Assembly (NCBI GenBank): GCA_965231145.1
Contig: OZ246420.1
Coordinates: forward strand, 30,001-62,000
DNA from: Candidatus Saccharimonadota bacterium
Lineage (GTDB): Bacteria > Patescibacteriota > Gracilibacteria > Absconditabacterales > Absconditicoccaceae
Direction of reading: 5' to 3'
DNA length: 32,000 nt
Numbering within the stretch: position 1 is the first letter of the stretch; every line of letters starts with the position of its first letter. The notes under the pieces were generated by a model. It was not told where the DNA came from, did no database searches, and saw nothing but the letters and a program-made list of their open reading frames with translations. The position numbers and the translations under genes are program-made. Positions 27,233 through 32,000 of this stretch are shown here, piece by piece.

Positions 27233-27964
27233 TTATTGTATGAGCATAAAATATTTCATTACCATAATGACGCCGGTGATAAAGATGAAACCTAATACAA
27301 ACTGGCGAAATCTTTGTTGTGAAATGCGTCCAATAATCACCTTACCAAGGTATGAGCCGATAAATGCAACTCAAATAAGACCCATAACGTATAGTAGATT
27401 GATATTATCCATATAGCCCTGGAAAAAATATACGACCGAGCGGCTAGCATCTACTCAAAAGTCGATTCATGCCGATGTTGCTATATAGATACTTTTTTCC
27501 AGATTGAGTGTGGTGAGGGCCATCCCGCGAATGACGCCTCCTGTACCAATAATTCCGGCAAGCCAACCAGCAAATGATCAGCTTGCTATCATGTTGCGAG
27601 AGGTTGCTTTGATGACAAACTTTGAAACAACCAAGAAGAAAAGACTAAATGCGATACAAAAAATTCATAGTACTAAGCTTGCAATATCGCCTTTAATGTA
27701 CTGGCTCATGTAAGCTCCGATGATAACAAAGATGACACTGGGAATGCCTATAAGTAAAAGCAGTTTCCAGCGAATGTGTTTGTAAAAAAACACAAGCTTT
27801 GCGATATTGCTAAATACATGAAACAGTGCTGTCACTCCAAGCACTTCATGAAAAGGCAGGAAAAATCCCGCTAGCGGTACAAACAAAATAGATGATCAAA
27901 ATCCTCATACAGTTCCTACTACCTCTGCAATAAGAGCGAGAAGAAAAAAGAGTGCATATGTCAT
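27233..27964 (-). CDS. TauE/SafE (DUF81) family anion exporter (243 aa)
   Basis: MTYALFFLLALIAEVVGTV-G-GF-G-SSILFVPLAGF... Seven in-frame TGA codons, several within the Gly-rich signature. TAA at 27233-27235. The standard-code track shows only the 27665-27886 fragment. Confidence 0.85.
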
Positions 27965-27988
27965 GTATCCAAAGCGAGAAGTGAAATA

Positions 27989-29881
27989 CTACCATACTCT
28001 ATTTTTATACTCTTCGACCTTTTCTGCGATGAACTGGTCGGCTGAGAGTGTCATTTGTTCTTTCGTCTTATAGACGCGGACAGAAACAGTTTTTGCTGTG
28101 ACTTCTTCTTCACCGATGATGACAATGTATGGGATCTTGTCGAGTTCTGCATTGCGGATTTTCTTGCTGAAACTGTCGTCGCTTGTGTCGACTTTCGCTC
28201 TGAGATTTTGTTTTGCACAAGCCGTTTTGAGTTCATGACAATAGTCGACAAACTTTTCTGCAACCGGAACGAACATGATTTGTGTTGGCGCGAGCCAGAG
28301 CGGGAACGCTCCTGCAAAGTGTTCTATCATGACGCCGATGAAACGCTCAAATGATCCCATGATCGCACGATGGATAACCACTGGTCTTTCTTTTTCTCCC
28401 TGTTCGTTGACGTATGAAAGATCGAATCTTTCTGGTTGATTGAAGTCGAGCTGACATGTCGCAAGTTGCCATTCACGACCGATGGCGTCTTTGAACATGA
28501 AGTCGAGTTTTGGTCAGTAGAAAGCTGCTTCTCCTTTTCATTCTTTATAAGGAAGATTCTCTGCTTTGCACACTGCTGTCAATGCGTTTTCTGCAATAGT
28601 CCATACTTCGTCTGAACCGAGATAATTTTCTTTGACGTCGTCTCTGAGAGAGAGTCTTACCCAGTAACCTTCCATCATACCCATAGTCGTATAGAACTGT
28701 TTGATGATCTGTACGACAGTCGACACTTCTTCGTGGATTTGACTCACGCGACAGAAGAGATGTCCATCGTCTTGTGTAATAGATCTCACGCGAGCAAGAC
28801 CAGAGAGTTGTCATGTCTTCTCGTCACGATAGACAGTTGCTGGTTCGAAATATCTGATAGGCATGTCACGATATGAGAACTGATTGTCGGCGAAGAGCTG
28901 CATATGATGAGGACAGTTCATTGGCTTAACGTAGAAGTCCTCGTTTGATGTTCCGCCATGGACACTGAACATGTCTGACAAGTAATGTCCTGCATGTCAT
29001 GACATCTTATAGAGTTCTTCCTTCGCGAGATGAGGAGTCCATACTCTGTTGTATCCTCTGTCTTTGTGTAGCGACCACAGATACTCTTCGAGTTCTTTAC
29101 GAATGATTGCTCCATTTGGTTGGAAGAGCGGAAGTCCAGAACCAACGAGTTCTGAGATCGTAAAGAGTTTCAATCTTGCTCCAAGTATTCTATGATCGCG
29201 CTTCTTTGCTTCTTCCATCATAGTCTGATATTCTTTGAGCTTATCTTTTGACTCAAACGCGAGTCCATAGATTCTTGTCATCTGAGGGTTTGTCTCTTTT
29301 GCTTGCCAGTATGCACCAGCGATCTTTTCTAAGACAAACGAACCCGGATCGATTTCCTTTGTTGTCTCCACGTGAGGACCTTCACAGAGGTCGAGGAATG
29401 TTACGAATTGCTCCGATGCTATCGCTCCTGTGCCATGAAAGTATTCAGAAATGTTTTTGTAGATAGATTTATAGTCGTCTTTTGCGTATCCGAGGATTTT
29501 CTCTACAGCTGCTGCTGGGATAGTATTGAGATAGAAAGTATATTCGTTGATCCCTTTTTCAGCGAACTTTTCGATAAGTTCTTTCTTGAAGCGAGCAGCG
29601 TCACCGAAAAATGACATAATCTTTTCTGCCTCCGCTTTATCTTTTGCTGTATAGAAGACGAAAGCCTGATTTTGCTTCACAATTCCTTGTATCACTTTTG
29701 TGAGTTCTTTCAGATTTTCTTCTTTAAACTCTATTCATTCGTTGAACAGAACGTCATAATAGAAGCCATCTTCGACTGCAGGACCAGTTCCCAATGCTAC
29801 ATGAGCATCTACAGTTTGCTGGATGGCTTGCGCTAAGAGATGGGCTAATGAATGTCTGGGTTTCAAGATTTCTAATTCCAT
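27989..29881 (-). CDS. thrS: Threonyl-tRNA synthetase lacking the N-terminal TGS domain (630 aa)
   Basis: Starts [21 protein letters not shown] (N2/editing-domain HxxxH region). Class II motifs present. TGA lies on conserved Gly in [21 protein letters not shown] and AAFY-G-PKLDF. Fragments 28997-29695, 28538-28789 and 27989-28498 share a frame. TAG stop at 27989-27991. Confidence 0.93.
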
Positions 29882-30050
29882 GGGTCGTGATCTTATCATA
29901 ATAAAGAAAAACTCCTCAGTCGTAGGACGTGAAGAGCTTTATGAGACATAAACGAAACTCTACCGTCCTATTAAGGGGTTGTACCAGTGGTAGTTGTTGT
30001 CGTAAGCTGTCTTGCCTGTTTCATAGCTCCATGATAGCTTTACTTTATAC
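29882..30050 (-). promoter_or_regulatory. thrS 5' leader with mutually exclusive terminator/antiterminator pairings (T-box-like candidate)
   Basis: GGACG-GU-AGAG...CUCU-UCA-CGUCC can pair and sequester the 5' half of the terminator. CUACC upstream can pair with GGUAG of that antiterminator. A CACUGGUACAAC segment resembles the T-box core GGUGGUACC. Confidence 0.4.
29903..29936 (-). terminator. Leader (attenuator) terminator about 20 nt upstream of the thrS start codon
   Basis: On the minus strand: CTCTTCA-cgtcctacgac-TGAGGAG, then TTTTTCTTT. It sits inside the 5' UTR, not after a gene. Confidence 0.65.
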
Positions 30051-30077
30051 AAATACAAGAGGAAACGCTTTTGATTT

Positions 30078-30119
30078 TTGCAGCTAGCAACTAGCAATTG
30101 GCAACTAGTATGCTACAAT
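30078..30119 (+). promoter_or_regulatory. TAGCA word-repeat tract + TGCTACAAT module upstream of / overlapping the start of the pilin-like gene
   Basis: tgcagctagcaactagcaattggcaactagtaTGcTACAAT. Related to 466-528 and 2712-2770. Confidence 0.4.
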
Positions 30120-30559
30120 TTATCTACTATCTGCTGCCTGCGTTCTGTTGCAATGATAAGTACTTTTGCTATAGTGAGAGTATTTATTGTTTGCAGAAAA
30201 CTATGGTGCAAAAAGTGTATGCTGAAGAGGCCGCGGGTATTGATTGTGGGACAAATGCGGAAAAACTGGCCAACGGCCAGTGTACGTTCAATATCTATAA
30301 AACCGTGGGAATAAGAGAGCAAAATCAGGAACCAGACGCGAAGGCGTTTATAGAAGATATTTTTTTGTCTGCGACGTTTTTTATTGGTACTGTAGTGGGT
30401 GTGGGGCTGATTTATTCAGGTCTTATGTATATCCTTGCAAAAGATGACGGTGCAGCCGGTAAGGCGAAAAACGGTATTAAATGGTCTCTTATCGGACTTG
30501 CGCTCGTGATGTTCAGTTACACGATTATTAGGCTCGTGCAGTATATTGCTCAAGGCTAA
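30110..30559 (+). CDS. TrbC/VirB2-like small membrane protein (the 'type IV secretion pilin' type common in CPR genomes), 149 aa
   Basis: Possible long signal peptide ending KVYA/EE. Then two hydrophobic helices separated by a charged loop: FIGTVVGVGLIYSGLMYILAKDDGAAGKAKNGIKWSLIGLALVMFSYTIIRLV. The start is uncertain (ATG 30110 overlaps the -10-like box; ATG 30203 is the alternative). TAA stop at 30557-30559. Confidence 0.6.
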   Translation: MLQFIYYLLPAFCCNDKYFCYSESIYCLQKTMVQKVYAEEAAGIDCGTNAEKLANGQCTFNIYKTVGIREQNQEPDAKAFIEDIFLSATFFIGTVVGVGLIYSGLMYILAKDDGAAGKAKNGIKWSLIGLALVMFSYTIIRLVQYIAQG

Positions 30560-30577
30560 ACGCAGTTCAAGGTTCTT

Positions 30578-30618
30578 AAAGTTCATAAAGTAGAAACAAA
30601 TAAGATTTTATGAACTTT
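30578..30618 (+). other. 12-bp perfect inverted repeat followed by tandem AACTTTATA words, between the pilin-like gene and tsaB
   Basis: AAAGTTCATAAA (30578-30589) / TTTATGAACTTT (30607-30618) with a 17-nt loop, then aactttataaactttataaac. Possibly a weak terminator or an operator. Confidence 0.4.
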
Positions 30619-30646
30619 TAACTTTATAAACTTTATAAACTGTACT

Positions 30647-31339
30647 ATGTTGTACACAAATATTTCTGCGGATAAGATACAGTTTATTGTCGATGGAAAA
30701 GAGACGATTATTGAAAATGGGGAGCTAGAGAAAACGATTTCTCATTTTCTCAATTCACAAATCACAGGTCACAGTCCACAATTACAAAAGGTGTGTATTA
30801 TTAATGGACCTGGGTCGTTTACCAATATACGCATTGTGACGCTCGCGTTGAACATGTATAACTTTTTGCATAATAACGAGCTCGATTTCTATTCGATCGA
30901 TAAGATAACGCTCTATAAAAAACTGTATCAAAAAAATATTGTTCCTCGCGTGTGTTACATGTTCATTGGACAGAGAAAGAACTGGTGGCGTGTTGATCTT
31001 GAGGATGGTTCTCATGAGCAGATTCGTATAGAAGAGGTGCTGACGAGAGATGGATTTATAGATTATGTGTTTGATACAGATCATTTTCCTGGTCTTGTAG
31101 CGGGAGCTGCGCTTTCAGAGGGACACTTGCTTATTGAAAATATTCTCGATGATCTCTGAGTGACGAACTCACAATGAGGCATGATAAAGCTTTCATGGAA
31201 AGCGGAGCAGCTGGAAGTTACGTATGATAATAAGACAACATATATTTCTCTGGATGATCTTGCTGTCAGCCCGGTAAAGAGCGTAGAAGCGAATTATATG
31301 ATGGAAGCGAATGTGACACTTATCCCTCATAAAAAATAA
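30647..31339 (+). CDS. tsaB: tRNA t6A37 biosynthesis protein TsaB (YeaZ-like), divergent (230 aa)
   Basis: KVCIINGPGSFTNIRIVTLALNM matches the TsaB GPGSFTGLRIG motif. TGA at 31157 and 31175 is read through. TAA at 31337-31339. Confidence 0.7.
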
Positions 31340-31383
31340 TACATAAAAGATAAAAAATATTTATTTAGCGATATGAAGTAGAA

Positions 31384-31944
31384 ATGAGCGTAAGAAAAAT
31401 TCCCGCTGATGCGAAGAAAGTGTTTGAAAATCAGTTGTTTGTAGCATATGAGAAAGAAACAGAGTTGTTTGATGGGACGACGAAGACATTTGAGTGGGTA
31501 AGAGCATATGATGTGGTAAAGGCAATCTGTGTAGTGGATGGGAAAATTCTTGTGCTCGCAAGTGAGCAGCCATGAACAAGTACATATTATACGATCCCAG
31601 GCGGTATGATTGACAGTGGTGAAGAGCCAGATGCTGCTATAGTGAGAGAAGTGGCAGAAGAGACGGGAATCACATTTAACGAGTTTTTTCCGCTTACGTC
31701 TGTGTCGAGTAATGTAGGGTTGGTTGAATCATATAAGCACTATTATCTGGCTCGTGGTCCGCTCTCATTTGGAGAACAACAGCTTGATGGGGGTGAGCTT
31801 ATTTCGGTAGAATATATTTCTTTTGAAGATTTTATAGAACACGTGAAGCGTGGAGACCTATTCTACGATCTCGGTAATTGGTTTTTGAGAGAGTATGTTG
31901 TGCCTGGAAAGATAGATGAGTTGAAAGAGCTTTTGTTCTCATAG
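31384..31944 (+). CDS. Nudix hydrolase (ADP-ribose pyrophosphatase-like, 186 aa)
   Basis: Nudix box PGGMIDSGEEPDAAIVREVAEETGI. Fragments 31384-31575 and 31606-31944 share a frame and join through TGA (EQP-G-TSTYY). TAG stop at 31942-31944. Confidence 0.85.
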
Positions 31945-31968
31945 TAAATGGTTATATTTGCTATTATG

Positions 31969-32000
31969 AAAATCCTCACCCTGATATAGCTCAGGGAGCT
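31969..32000 (+). repeat. Two-hairpin repeat element, copy 5 (3' of the Nudix gene, cut by the window end)
   Basis: AAAATCCTCACCCTGATATAGCTCAGGGAGCT. Differs from copy 3 by a compensatory C/G swap in the stem (CCCTGA/TCAGGG versus CCCTCA/TGAGGG). Confidence 0.8.

Noticed and set aside
27989-29881. thrS, argS, frr, rsuA, the Nudix gene and others look like pseudogenes broken by internal stops in the supplied ORF track.
   Set aside because: All interruptions are TGA, the fragments stay in frame, and TGA coincides with conserved Gly residues. The genes are intact under code 25.
30097-30112. A sigma54-like -24/-12 element (TGGCAA-N5-ATGCT) upstream of the pilin-like gene.
   Set aside because: The GG-to-GC spacing fits only in this copy. 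The related modules at 2730 and 19356 have different spacing, and the adjacent TACAAT fits an extended -10 sigma70-type promoter better.
403-32000. The five two-hairpin repeats as a CRISPR array or its remnants.
   Set aside because: Copies are kilobases apart, not regularly spaced, with no spacer structure and no cas genes. Two copies lie inside argS.

Overview
This AT-rich bacterial window is only coherent under genetic code 25 (UGA = Gly), which points to a Gracilibacteria/Absconditabacteria (SR1)-type CPR genome. Each run of same-frame ORF fragments in the supplied standard-code track is separated only by TGA. TGA also falls on conserved Gly positions of RsuA, Frr, ArgRS, ThrRS, a Nudix hydrolase, a sortase and a TauE permease. 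Re-read by hand with TGA = Gly, the window holds about 26 CDS and 2 tRNAs. The housekeeping set is a dedA-like gene (partial), rsuA, ruvX, frr, argS, thrS, tsaB, Nudix, cupin, an MIP channel, VKOR, TauE, tRNA-Thr(GGU) and tRNA-Gly(GCC). A cell-envelope cluster flanks frr: a 1419-aa multi-PKD surface protein with a C-terminal TM anchor, a beta-rich protein ending in a TPQTG sorting signal, a 1670-aa coiled-coil giant with no recognisable family, a bitopic membrane protein, a sortase, and an EnvC-like degenerate-LytM protein with a glycosidase-like C-terminal domain. The most unusual non-coding signal is a ~57-bp two-hairpin repeat family with 5 copies and compensatory stem changes. Three copies lie just 3' of genes and two sit in-frame inside argS in different reading frames. 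Other non-coding signals: (a) AT-rich word-repeat modules ending in ATAAGGAG placed right after + strand gene ends; (b) a thrS leader with terminator/antiterminator alternatives and a UGGUAC motif; (c) two genes whose apparent natural end is a TGA next to a terminator, which is paradoxical in a UGA = Gly genome. No transposase, integrase, CRISPR array or rRNA was seen. All family calls rest on motifs recognised by eye, with no database search, and coordinates of promoters and terminators are approximate.
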